Assembly: GCA_964057225.1 (NCBI GenBank)
Contig: OZ059894.1
Coordinates: 18,104,001 to 18,168,000, forward strand
Origin: Auanema rhodensis
Taxonomy: Eukaryota; Animalia; Nematoda
Direction of reading: 5' to 3'
Length of the DNA stretch: 64,000 nt
A program made the position numbers and the translations under genes. Below are positions 42,401-56,999 of this stretch, in pieces; within the stretch, counting starts at the first letter, position 1, and each line of letters starts with the position of its first letter. The notes beneath the pieces were generated by a model. It was not told the origin of the DNA and ran no database searches. It was given only the letters and a program-made list of their open reading frames with translations.

Positions 42401-45400
42401 TTAAAGTTCACGTAAATTTCAAAGTCATGGTTACCATGCACCAGTATCAATGAAAATTTGTTTTTGGACTAATATGGCCATCGGGAATTTAATTTTGAAA
42501 ACGGCATCTCTTCATCTTTGAGTTACATACCATGTGTACATCACGTGTACATTTAATTAGCATAAATTAAAGTTCACGTAAATTTTAAAGTCATGGTTAC
42601 CATGCACCAATATCCATAAAAATTTGTTTTTAGACTAATATGGAAATGGGGAATCTAATTTTGAAAACCGCATCTCTTTATCTTTTACGGGAAGCGAGTT
42701 ACATACCATGTGCACATCACGTGTACATTTAATTAGCATAAATTAAAGTTCACGTAAATTTCAAAGTCATGGTTACCTTGCACCAGTATCAATGAAAATT
42801 TGTTTTCGGACTAATATGGCCATGGGGAATCTAATTTTGAAAACCGCATCTCTTTATCTTTTACCGGAAACGAGTTACATATCATGTGTACATCACGTGT
42901 ACATTTAATTAGCATAAATTAAAGTTCACGTAAATTTTAAAGTCATGGTTACCATGCACCAGTATCAATGAAAATTTGTTTTCGGACTAATATGGCCATG
43001 GGGAATCTAATTTTGAAAACCGCATCTCTTTATCTTTTACCGGAAACGAGTTACATATCATGTGTACATCACGTGTACATTTAATTAGCATAAATTAAAG
43101 TTCACGTAAATTTCAAAGTCATGGTTACCTTGCACCAGTATCAATGAAAATTTGTTTTCGGACTAATATGGCCATGGGGAATCTAATTTTGAAAACCGCA
43201 TCTCTTTATCTTTTACCGGAAACGAGTTACATATCATGTGTACATCACGTGTACATTTAATTAGCATAAATTAAAATTCACGTAAATTTTAAAGTCATGG
43301 TTACCATGCACCAATATTCATAAAAATTTGTTTTCAGTCTAATATGGAAATGGGGAATCTAACTTTGAAAACCGCATCTCTTTATCTTTCACGGGAAGCG
43401 AGTTACATACCATGTGCTCATCACGTGTACATTTAATTAGCATAAATTAAAGTTCACGTAAATTTTGAAGTCATGGTTACCATGCACCAATATCCATAAA
43501 AATTTGTTTTTAGACTAATATGGACATGGGGAATCTAACTTCGAAAACCGCATCTCTTTATCTTTCACGGGAAGCGAGTTACATATCATGTGCACATCAC
43601 GTGTACATTTATTTAGCATAAATTAAAGTTCACGTAAATTTCAAAGTCATGGTTACCATGCACCTATATCAATAAAAATTTGTTTTCAGTCTAATATGGA
43701 AATGGGGAATCTAATTTTGAAAACCGCATCTCTTTATCTTTTACCGGAAACGAGTTACATATCATGTGTACATCACGTGTACATTTAATTAGCATAAATT
43801 AAAGTTCACGTAAATTTCAAAGTCATGGTTACCATGCGCCTATATCAATAAAAATTTGTTTTTAGTCTAATATGGCCATGGGGAATCTAATTATGAAAAC
43901 CGCATCTCTTCATCTTTTACGGGAAGCGAGTTACATACCATGTGCACATCACGTGTACATTTAATTAGCATAAATTAAAGTTTACGTAAATTTCAAAGTC
44001 ATGGTTACCATGCACCTATATCAATAAAAAATTGTTTTCAGTCTAATATGGAAATGGGGAATCTAATTTTGAAAACCGCATCTCTTTATCTTTTACGGGA
44101 AGCGAGTTACATACCATGTGTAAATCACGTGTACATTTAATTAGCATAAATTAAAGTTCACGTAAATTTCAAAGTCATGGTTACCATGCACCTATATCAA
44201 TAAAAATTTGTTTTCAGTCTAATATGGAAATGGGGAATCTAATTTTGAAAACCGCATCTCTTTATCTTTTACGGGAAGCGAGTTACATACCATGTGTAAA
44301 TCACGTGTACATTTAATTAGCATAAATTAAAGTTTACGTAAATTTCAAAGTCATGGTTACCATGCACCTATATCAATAAAAATTTGTTTTCAGTCTAATA
44401 TGGAAATGGGGAATCTAACTTTGAAAACCGCATCTCTTTATCTTTCACGGGAAGCGAGTTACATACCATGTGCCCATCACGTGTACATTCAATTAGCATA
44501 AATTAAAGTTTACGTAAATTTCAAAGTCATGGTTACCATGCACCTATATCAATAAAAATTTGTTTTCAGTCTAATATGGAAATGGGGAATCTAATTTTGA
44601 AAACCGCATCTCTTTATCTTATACGGGAAGCGAGTTACATACCATGTGTAAATCACGTGTACATTTAATTAGCATAAATTAAAGTTTACGTAAATTTCAA
44701 AGTCATGGTTACCATGCACCTATATCAATAAAAAATTGTTTTCAGTCTAATATGGAAATGGGGAATCTAATTTTGAAAACCGCATCTCTTTATCTTTCAC
44801 GGGAAGCGAGTTACATACCATGTGTAAATCACGTGTACATTTAATTAGCATAAATTAAAGTTCACGTAAATTTCAAAGTCATGGTTACCATGCACCTATA
44901 TCAATAAAAATTTGTTTTCAGTCTAATATGGAAATGGGGAATCTAATTTTGAAAACAGCATCTCTTTATCTTTTACGGGAAGCGAGTTACATACCATGTG
45001 TAAATCACGTGTACATTTAATTAGCATAAATTAAAGTTTACGTAAATTTCAAAGTCATGGTTACCATGCACCTATATCAATAAAAATTTGTTTTCAGTCT
45101 AATATGGAAATGGGGAATCTAATTTTGAAAACCGCATCTCTTTATCTTTTACGGGAAGCGAGTTACATACCATGTGCACATCACGTGTACATTTAATTAG
45201 CATAAATTAAAGTTCACGTAAATTTCAAAGTCATGGTTACCATGCACCAGTATCAATGAAAATTTGTTTTTGGACTAATATGGCCATAGGGAATTTAATT
45301 TTGAAAACGGCATCTCTTCATCTTTGAGTTACATACCATGTGTACATCACGTGTACATTTAATTAGCATAAATTAAAGTTCACGTAAATTTTAAAGTCAT

Positions 45401-46250
45401 GGTTACCATGCACCAATATCCATAAAAATTTGTTTTTAGACTAATATGGACATGGGGAATCTAATTTTGAAAACCGCATCTCTTTATCTTTCACGGGAAG
45501 CGAGTTACATATCATGTGCACATCACGTGTACATTTAATTAGCATAAATTAAAGTTCACGTAAATTTCAAAGTCATGGTTACCATGCACCTATATCAATA
45601 AAAATTTGTTTTCAGTCTAATATGGAAATGGGGAATCTAATTTTGAAAACCGCATCTCTTTATCTTTTACGGGAAACGAGTTACATATCATGTGCACATC
45701 ACGTGTACATTTAATTAGCATAAATTAAAGTTCACGTAAATTTCAAAGTCATGGTTACCATGCACCAGTATCAATGAAAATTTGTTTTTGGACTAATATG
45801 GCCATCGGGAATTTAATTTTGAAAACGGCATCTCTTCATCTTTGAGTTACATACCATGTGTACATCACGTGTACATTTAATTAGCATAAATTAAAGTTCA
45901 CGTAAATTTTAAAGTCATGGTTACCATGCACCAATATCCATAAAAATTTGTTTTTAGACTAATATGGAAATGGGGAATCTAATTTTGAAAACCGCATCTC
46001 TTTATCTTTTACGGGAAGCGAGTTACATACCATGTGCACATCACGTGTACATTTAATTAGCATAAATTAAAGTTCACGTAAATTTCAAAGTCATGGTTAC
46101 CTTGCACCAGTATCAATGAAAATTTGTTTTCGGACTAATATGGCCATGGGGAATCTAATTTTGAAAACCGCATCTCTTTATCTTTTACCGGAAACGAGTT
46201 ACATATCATGTGTACATCACGTGTACATTTAATTAGCATAAATTAAAGTT
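39430..46250. repeat. Block duplication with 3500-bp offset at its left end (20 monomers), shifting by one monomer internally
   Basis: Marker ttaaaattca lies at 39771 and 43271, with linked aatattca, gtgctcat and ttttgaag. The marker tcttatacgg at ~41293 and ~44617 is offset by 3324, one monomer less. Confidence 0.75.
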
Positions 46251-49200
46251 CACGTAAATTTTAAAGTTATGGTTACCATGCACCAATATCCATAAAAATT
46301 TGTTTTCAGTCTAATATGGAAATGGGGAATCTAACTTTGAAAACCGCATCTCTTTATCTTTCACGGGAAACGAGTTACATACCATGTGCCCATCACGTGT
46401 ACATTTAATTAGCATAAATTAAAGTTCACGTAAATTTTAAAGTCATGGTTACCATGCACCAATATCCATAAAAATTTGTTTTTAGACTAATATGGACATG
46501 GGGAATCTAACTTTGAAAACCGCATCTCTTTGTCTTTCACGGGAAGCGAGTTACATATCATGTGCACATCACGTGTACATTTATTTAGCATAAATTAAAG
46601 TTCACGTAAATTTCAAAGTCATGGTTACCATGCACCTATATCAATAAAAATTTGTTTTCAGTCTAATATGGAAATGGGGAATCTAATTTTGAAAACCGCA
46701 TCTCTTTATCTTTTACGGGAAACGAGTTACATATCATGTTCACATCACGTGTACATTTAATTAGCATAAATTAAAGTTCACGTAAATTTCAAAGTCATGG
46801 TTACCATGCACCAGTATCAATGAAAATTTGTTTTTGGACTAATATGGCCATCGGGAATTTAATTTTGAAAACGGCATCTCTTCATCTTTGAGTTACATAC
46901 CATGTGTACATCACGTGTACATTTAATTAGCATAAATTAAAGTTCACGTAAATTTTAAAGTCATGGTTACCATGCACCAATATCCATAAAAATTTGTTTT
47001 TAGACTAATATGGAAATGGGGAATCTAATTTTGAAAACCGCATCTCTTTATCTTTTACGGGAAGCGAGTTACATACCATGTGCACATCACGTGTACATTT
47101 AATTAGCATAAATTAAAGTTCACGTAAATTTCAAAGTCATGGTTACCTTGCACCAGTATCAATAAAAATTTGTTTTCGGACTAATATGGCCATGGGGAAT
47201 CTAATTTTGAAAACCGCATCTCTTTATCTTTTACCGGAAACGAGTTACATATCATGTGTACATCACGTGTACATTTAATTAGCATAAATTAAAGTTCACG
47301 TAAATTTTAAAGTCATGGTTACCATGCACCAATATCCATAAAAATTTGTTTTCAGTCTAATATGGAAATGGGGAATCTAACTTTGAAAACCGCATCTCTT
47401 TATCTTTCACGGGAAGCGAGTTACATACCATGTGCCCATCACGTGTACATTTAATTAGCATAAATTAAAGTTCACGTAAATTTTAAAGTCATGGTTACCA
47501 TGCACCAATATCCATAAAAATTTGTTTTTAGACTAATATGGACATGGGGAATCTAACTTTGAAAACCGCATCTCTTCATCTTTCACGGGAAGCGAGTTAC
47601 ATATCATGTGCACATCACGTGTACATTTATTTAGCATAAATTAAAGTTCACGTAAATTTCAAAGTCATGGTTACCATGCACCTATATCAATAAAAATTTG
47701 TTTTCAGTCTAATATGGAAATGGGGAATCTAATTTTGAAAACCGCATCTCTTTATCTTTTACCGGAAACGAGTTACATATCATGTGTACATCACGTGTAC
47801 ATTTAATTAGCATAAATTAAAGTTCACGTAAATTTCAAAGTCATGGTTACCTTGCACCAGTATCAATGAAAATTTGTTTTCGGACTAATATGGCCATGGG
47901 GAATCTAATTTTGAAAACCGCATCTCTTTATCTTTTACCGGAAACGAGTTACATATCATGTGTACATCACGTGTACATTTAATTAGCATAAATTAAAGTT
48001 CACGTAAATTTTAAAGTCATGGTTACCATGCACCAATATCCATAAAAATTTGTTTTCAGTCTAATATGGAAATGGGGAATCTAACTTTGAAAACCGCATC
48101 TCTTTATCTTTCACGGGAAGCGAGTTACATACCATGTGCCCATCACGTGTACATTTAATTAGCATAAATTAAAGTTCACGTAAATTTTAAAGTCATGGTT
48201 ACCATGCACCAATATCCATAAAAATTTGTTTTTAGACTAATATGGACATGGGGAATCTAACTTTGAAAACCGCATCTCTTTATCTTTCACGGGAAGCGAG
48301 TTACATATCATGTGCACATCACGTGTACATTTATTTAGCATAAATTAAAGTTCACGTAAATTTCAAAGTCATGGTTACCATGCACCTATATCAATAAAAA
48401 TTTGTTTTCAGTCTAATATGGAAATGGGGAATCTAATTTTGAAAACCGCATCTCTTTATCTTTTACCGGAAACGAGTTACATATCATGTGTACATCACGT
48501 GTACATTTAATTAGCATAAATTAAAGTTCACGTAAATTTCAAAGTCATGGTTACCATGCGCCTATATCAATAAAAATTTGTTTTTAGTCTAATATGGCCA
48601 TGGGGAATCTAATTATGAAAACCGCATCTCTTCATCTTTTACGGGAAGCGAGTTACATACCATGTGCACATCACGTGTACATTTAATTAGCATAAATTAA
48701 AGTTTACGTAAATTTCAAAGTCATGGTTACCATGCACCTATATCAATAAAAATTTGTTTTCAGTCTAATATGGAAATGGGGAATCTAATTTTGAAAACCG
48801 CATCTCTTTATCTTTTACGGGAAGCGAGTTACATACCATGTGTAAATCACGTGTACATTTAATTAGCATAAATTAAAGTTTACGTAAATTTCAAAGTCAT
48901 GGTTACCATTCACCTATATCAATAAAAAATTGTTTTCAGTCTAATATGGAAATGGGGAATCTAATTTTGAAAACCGCATCTCTTTATCTTTTACGGGAAG
49001 CGAGTTACATACCATGTGTAAATCACGTGTACATTTAATTAGCATAAATTAAAGTTCACGTAAATTTCAAAGTCATGGTTACCATGCACCTATATCAATA
49101 AAAATTTGTTTTCAGTCTAATATGGAAATGAGGAATCTAATTTTGAAAACCGCATCTCTTTATCTTTTACGGGAAGCGAGTTACATACCATGTGTAAATC

Positions 49201-52200
49201 ACGTGTACATTTAATTAGCATAAATTAAAGTTTACGTAAATTTCAAAGTCATGGTTACCATGCACCTATATCAATAAAAATTTGTTTTCAGTCTAATATG
49301 GAAATGGGGAATCTAATTTTGAAAACCGCATCTCTTTATCTTTTACGGGAAGTGAGTTACATACCATGTGCCCATCACGTGTACATTTAATTAGCATAAA
49401 TTAAAGTTCACGTAAATTTCAAAGTCATGGTTACCATGCACCTATATCAATAAAAATTTGTTTTCAGTCTAATATGGAAATGGGGAATCTAATTTTGAAA
49501 ACCGCATCTCTTTATCTTTTACGGGAAGCGAGTTACATACCATGTGTAAATCACGTGTACATTTAATTAGCATAAATTAAAGTTTACGTAAATTTCAAAG
49601 TCATGGTTACCATGCACCTATATCAATAAAAATTTGTTTTCAGTCTAATATGGAAATGGGGAATCTAATTTTGAAAACCGCATCTCTTTATCTTTTACGG
49701 GAAGCGAGTTACATACCATGTGCACATCACGTGTACATTTAATTAGCATAAATTAAAGTTCACGTAAATTTCAAAGTCATGGTTACCATGCACCAGTATC
49801 AATGAAAATTTGTTTTTGGACTAATATGGCCATAGGGAATTTAATTTTGAAAACGGCATCTCTTCATCTTTGAGTTACACACCATGTGTACATCACGTGT
49901 ACATTTAATTAGCATAAATTAAAGTTCACGTAAATTTTAAAGTCATGGTTACCATGCACCAATATCCATAAAAATTTGTTTTTAGACTAATATGGACATG
50001 GGGAATCTAATTTTGAAAACCGCATCTCTTTATCTTTCACGGGAAGCGAGTTACATATCATGTGCACATCACGTGTACATTTAATTAGCATAAATTAAAG
50101 TTCACGTAAATTTCAAAGTCATGGTTACCATGCACCTATATCAATAAAAAATTGTTTTCAGTCTAATATGGAAATGGGGAATCTAATTTTGAAAACCGCA
50201 TCTCTTTATCTTTTACGGGAAGCGAGTTACATACCATGTGTAAATCACGTGTACATTTAATTAGCATAAATTAAAGTTTACGTAAATTTCAAAGTCATGG
50301 TTACCATGCACCTATATCAATAAAAATTTGTTTTCAGTCTAATATGGAAATGGGGAATCTAATTTTGAAAACCGCATCTCTTTATCTTTTACGGGAAGCG
50401 AGTTACATACCATCTGCACATCACGTGTACATTTAATTAGCATAAATTAAAGTTCACGTAAATTTCAAAGTCATGGTTACCATGCACCAGTATCAATGAA
50501 AATTTGTTTTTGGACTAATATGGCCATAGGGAATTTAATTTTGAAAACGGCATCTCTTCATCTTTGAGTTACATACCATGTGTACATCACGTGTACATTT
50601 AATTAGCATAAATTAAAGTTCACGTAAATTTTAAAGTCATGGTTACCATGCACCAATATCCATAAAAATTTGTTTTTAGACTAATATGGACATGGGGAAT
50701 CTAATTTTGAAAACCGCATCTCTTTATCTTTCGCGGGAAGCGAGTTACATATCATGTGCACATCACGTGTACATTTAATTAGCATAAATTAAAGTTCACG
50801 TAAATTTCAAAGTCATGGTTACCATGCACCTATATCAATAAAAATTTGTTTTCAGTCTAATATGGAAATGGGGAATCTAATTTTGAAAACCGCATCTCTT
50901 TATCTTTTACGGGAAACGAGTTACATATCATGTGCACATCACGTGTACATTTAATTAGCATAAATTAAAGTTCACGTAAATTTCAAAGTCATGGTTACCA
51001 TGCACCAGTATCAATGAAAATTTGTTTTTGGACTAATATGGCCATCGGGAATTTAATTTTGAAAACGGCATCTCTTCATCTTTGAGTTACATACCATGTG
51101 TACATCACGTGTACATTTAATTAGCATAAATTAAAGTTCACGTAAATTTTAAAGTCATGGTTACCATGCACCAATATCCATAAAAATTTGTTTTTAGACT
51201 AATATGGAAATGGGGAATCTAATTTTGAAAACCGCATCTCTTTATCTTTTACGGGAAGCGAGTTACATACCATGTGCACATCACGTGTACATTTAATTAG
51301 CATAAATTAAAGTTCACGTAAATTTCAAAGTCATGGTTACCTTGCACCAGTATCAATGAAAATTTGTTTTCGGACTAATATGGCCATGGGGAATCTAATT
51401 TTGAAAACCGCATCTCTTTATCTTTTACCGGAAACGAGTTACATATCATGTGTACATCACGTGTACATTTAATTAGCATAAATTAAAGTTCACGTAAATT
51501 TTAAAGTCATGGTTACCATGCACCAATATCCATAAAAATTTGTTTTCAGTCTAATATGGAAATGGGGAATCTAACTTTGAAAACCGCATCTCTTTATCTT
51601 TCACGGGAAGCGAGTTACATACCATGTGCCCATCACGTGTACATTTAATTAGCATAAATTAAAGTTCACGTAAATTTTAAAGTCATGGTTACCATGCACC
51701 AATATCCATAAAAATTTGTTGTAAGACTAATATGGACATGGGGAATCTAACTTTGAAAACCGCATCTCTTTATCTTTCACGGGAAGCGAGTTACATATCA
51801 TGTGCACATCACGTGTACATTTATTTAGCATAAATTAAAGTTCACGTAAATTTCAAAGTCATGGTTACCATGCACCTATATCAATAAAAATTTGTTTTCA
51901 GTCTAATATGGAAATGGGGAATCTAATTTTGAAAACCGCATCTCTTTATCTTTTACCGGAAACGAGTTACATATCATGTGTACATCACGTGTACATTTAA
52001 TTAGCATAAATTAAAGTTCACGTAAATTTCAAAGTCATGGTTACCTTGCACCAGTATCAATGAAAATTTGTTTTCGGACTAATATGGCCATGGGGAATCT
52101 AATTTTGAAAACCGCATCTCTTTATCTTTTACCGGAAACGAGTTACATATCATGTGTACATCACGTGTACATTTAATTAGCATAAATTAAAGTTCACGTA

Positions 52201-55200
52201 AATTTTAAAGTCATGGTTACCATGCACCAATATCCATAAAAATTTGTTTTCAGTCTAATATGGAAATGGGGAATCTAACTTTGAAAACCGCATCTCTTTA
52301 TCTTTCACGGGAAGCGAGTTACATACCATGTGCCCAGCACGTGTACATTTAATTAGCATAAATTAAAGTTCACGTAAATTTTAAAGTCATGGTTACCATG
52401 CACCAATATCCATAAAAATTTGTTTTTAGACTAATATGGACATGGGGAATCTAACTTTGAAAACCGCATCTCTTTATCTTTCACGGGAAGCGAGTTACAT
52501 ATCGTGTGCACATCACGTGTACATTTATTTAGCATAAATTAAAGTTCACGTAAATTTCAAAGTCATGGTTACCATGCACCTATATCAATAAAAATTTGTT
52601 TTCAGTCTAATATGGAAATGGGGAATCTAATTTTGAAAACCGCATCTCTTTATCTTTTACCGGAAACGAGTTACATATCATGTGTACATCACGTGTACAT
52701 TTAATTAGCATAAATTAAAGTTCACGTAAATTTCAAAGTCATGGTTACCATGCGCCTATATCAATAAAAATTTGTTTTTAGTCTAATATGGCCATGGGGA
52801 ATCTAATTATGAAAACCGCATCTCTTCATCTTTTACGGGAAGCGAGTTACATACCATGTGCACATCACGTGTACATTTAATTAGCATAAATTAAAGTTCA
52901 CGTAAATTTTAAAGTCATGGTTACCATGCACCAATATCCATAAAAATTTGTTTTCAGTCTAATATGGAAATGGGGAATCTAACTTTGAAAACCGCATCTC
53001 TTTATCTTTCACGGGAAGCGAGTTACATACCATGTGCCCATCACGTGTACATTTAATTAGCATAAATTAAAGTTCACGTAAATTTTAAAGTCATGGTTAC
53101 CATGCACCAATTTCCATAAAAATTTGTTTTTAGACTAATATGGACATGGGGAATCTAACTTTGAAAACCGCATCTCTTTATCTTTCACGGGAAGCGAGTT
53201 ACATATCGTGTGCACATCACGTGTACATTTATTTAGCATAAATTAAAGTTCACGTAAATTTCAAAGTCATGGTTACCATGCACCTATATCAATAAAAATT
53301 TGTTTTCAGTCTAATATGGAAATGGGGAATCTAATTTTGAAAACCGCATCTCTTTATCTTTTACCGGAAACGAGTTACATATCATGTGTACATCACGTGT
53401 ACATTTAATTAGCATAAATTAAAGTTCACGTAAATTTCAAAGTCATGGTTACCATGCGCCTATATCAATAAAAATTTGTTTTTAGTCTAATATGGCCATG
53501 GGGAATCTAATTATGAAAACCGCATCTCTTCATCTTTTACGGGAAGCGAGTTACATACCATGTGCACATCACGTGTACATTTAATTAGCATAAATTAAAG
53601 TTTACGTAAATTTCAAAGTCATGGTTACCATGCACCTATATCAATAAAAATTTGTTTTCAGTCTAATATGGAAATGGGGAATCTAATTTTGAAAACCGCA
53701 TCTCTTTATCTTTTACGGGAAGCGAGTTACATACCATGTGTAAATCACGTGTACATTTAATTAGCATAAATTAAAGTTTACGTAAATTTCAAAGTCATGG
53801 TTACCATGCACCTATATCAATAAAAAATTTTTTTCAGTCTAATATGGAAATGGGGAATCTAATTTTGAAAACCGCATCTCTTTATCTTTTACGGGAAGCG
53901 AGTTACATACCATGTGTAAATCACGTGTACATTTAATTAGCATAAATTAAAGTTCACGTAAATTTCAAAGTCATGGTTACCATGCACCTATATCAATAAA
54001 AATTTGTTTTCAGTCTAATATGGAAATGGGGAATCTAATTTTGAAAACCGCATCTCTTTATCTTTTACGGGAAGCGAGTTACATACCATGTGTAAATCAC
54101 GTGTACATTTAATTAGCATAAATTAAAGTTTACGTAAATTTCAAAGTCATGGTTACCATGCACCTATATCAATAAAAATTTGTTTTCAGTCTAATATGGA
54201 AATGGGGAATCTAATTTTGAAAACCGCATCTCTTTATCTTTTACGGGAAGCGAGTTACATACCATGTGCCCATCACGTGTACATTTAATTAGCATAAATT
54301 AAAGTTCACGTAAATTTCAAAGTCATGGTTACCATGCACCTATATCAATAAAAATTTGTTTTCAGTCTAATATGGAAATGGGGAATCTAATTTTGAAAAC
54401 CGCATCTCTTTATCTTTTACCGGAAACGAGTTACATATCATGTGTACATCACGTGTACATTTAATTAGCATAAATTAAAGTTCACGTAAATTTCAAAGTC
54501 ATGGTTACCATGCGCCTATATCAATAAAAATTTGTTTTTAGTCTAATATGGCCATGGGGAATCTAATTATGAAAACCTCATCTCTTTATCTTTTACGGGA
54601 AGCGAGTTACATACCATGTGTAAATCACGTGTACATTTAATTAGCATAAATTAAAGTTTACGTAAATTTCAAAGTCATGGTTACCATGCACCTATATCAA
54701 TAAAAATTTGTTTTCAGTCTAATATGGAAATGGGGAATCTAATTTTGAAAACCGCATCTCTTTATCTTTTACGGGAAGCGAGTTACATACCATGTGCACA
54801 TCACGTGTACATTTAATTAGCATAAATTAAAGTTCACGTAAATTTCAAAGTCATGGTTACCATGCACCAGTATCAATGAAAATTTGTTTTTGGACTAATA
54901 TGGCCATAGGGAATTTAATTTTGAAAACGGCATCTCTTCATCTTTGAGTTACATACCATGTGTACATCACGTGTACATTTAATTAGCATAAATTAAAGTT
55001 CACGTAAATTTTAAAGTCATGGTTACCATGCACCAATATCCATAAAAATTTGTTTTTAGACTAATATGGACATGGGGAATCTAATTTTGAAAACCGCATC
55101 TCTTTATCTTTCACGGGAAGCGAGTTACATATCATGTGCACATCACGTGTACATTTAATTAGCATAAATTAAAGTTCACGTAAATTTCAAAGTCATGGTT

Positions 55201-55523
55201 ACCATGCACCTATATCAATAAAAATTTGTTTTCAGTCTAATATGGAAATGGGGAATCTAATTTTGAAAACCGCATCTCTTTATCTTTTACGGGAAACGAG
55301 TTACATATCATGTGTACATCACGTGTACATTTAATTAGCATAAATTAAAGTTCACGTAAATTTCAAAGTCATGGTTACCATGCGCCTATACCAATAAAAA
55401 TTTGTTTTTAGTCTAATATGGCCATGGGGAATCTAATTATGAAAACCGCATCTCTTTATCTTTTACGGGAAGCGAGTTACATACCATGTGTAAATCACGT
55501 GTACATTTAATTAGCATAAATTA

Positions 55524-55659
55524 GTCAAGGTTTATTGTTCTTTATCACAGGTTATAACAATAGCAGTTTTGAAAAAAGAAAGTGGATAAAAGAAGTTCCT
55601 TACAATATGAACATGATTATATAAATTGATTGACATGAAAACATTAAAATTTAATTCGC
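55524..55659 (-). mobile_element. 136-bp non-satellite insertion with 5-bp target-site duplication (AATTA); probable 3' end of a 5'-truncated non-LTR retrotransposon or retroposed RNA
   Basis: The satellite stops after ...ttagcataaatta (aatta at 55519-55523) and resumes with aattaaagttcacg (aatta at 55660-55664). The minus strand ends ...gataaagaacAATAAAccttgac, with AATAAA at 55536-55531, 7 nt from the end. There are no terminal inverted repeats and no ORF. The insertion itself is certain; the class is inferred. Confidence 0.6.
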
Positions 55660-56999
55660 AATTAAAGTTCACGTAAATTTCAAAGTCATGGTTACCATGC
55701 ACCAGTATCAATGAAAATTTGTTTTTGGACTAATATGGCCATAGGGAATTTAATTTTGAAAACGGCATCTCTTCATCTTTGAGTTACATACCATGTGTAC
55801 ATCACGTGTACATTTAATTAGCATAAATTAAAGTTCACGTAAATTTCAAAGTCATGGTTACCATGCGCCTATATCAATAAAAATTTGTTTTTAGTCTAAT
55901 ATGGCCATGGGGAATCTAATTATGAAAACCGCATCTCTTTATCTTTTACGGGAAGCGAGTTACATACCATGTGTAAATCACGTGTACATTTAATTAGCAA
56001 TTAAAGTTCACGTAAATTTCAAAGTCATGGTTACCATGCACCAGTATCAATGAAAATTTGTTTTTGGACTAATATGGCCATAGGGAATTTAATTTTGAAA
56101 ACGGCATCTCTTTATCTTTTACGGGAAGCGAGTTACATACCATGTGCACATCACGTGTACATTTAATTAGCATAAATTAAAGTTCACGTAAATTTTAAAG
56201 TCATGGTTACCATGCACCAGTATCAATGAAAATTTGTTTTTGGACTAATATGGCCATCGGGAATTTAATTTTGAAAACGGCATCTCTTCATCTTTGAGTT
56301 ACATACCATGTGTACATCACGTGTACATTTAATTAGCATAAATTAAAGTGCACGTAAATTTCAAAGTCATGGTTACCATGCACCTATATCAATGAAAATT
56401 TGTTTTCGGACTAATATGGCCATGGGGAATCTAATTTTGAAAACCGCATCTCTTTATCTTTTACGGAAAGCGAGTTACATACCATGTGCCCATCACGTGT
56501 ACATTTAATTAGCATAAATTAAAGTTCACGTAAATTTTAAAGTCATGGTTACCATGCACCAATATCCATAAAAATTTGTTTTTAGACTAATATGGACATG
56601 GGGAATCTAACTTTGAAAACCGCTTCTTTTTATCTTTCACGGGAAGCGAGTTACATACCATGTGCCCATCACGTGTACATTTAATTAGCATAAATTAAAG
56701 TTCACGTAAATTTTAAAGTCATGGTTACCATGCACCAATATCCATAAAATATTGTTTTTAGACTAATATGGACATGGGGAATCTAATTTTGAAAACCGCA
56801 TCTCTTTATCTTTCACGGGAAGCGAGTTACATATCATGTGCACATCACGTGTACATTTAATTAGCATAAATTAAAGTTCACGTAAATTTCAAAGTCATGG
56901 TTACCATGCACCTATATCAATAAAAATTTGTTTTCAGTCTAATATGGAAATGGGGAATCTGATTTTGAAAACCGCATATCTTTATCTTTTACGGGAAAC

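Noticed and set aside
55524-55659. Insertion interpreted as a MITE, solo LTR or tRNA-derived SINE
   Set aside because: No terminal inverted repeats, no TG...CA termini and no recognisable A/B boxes.
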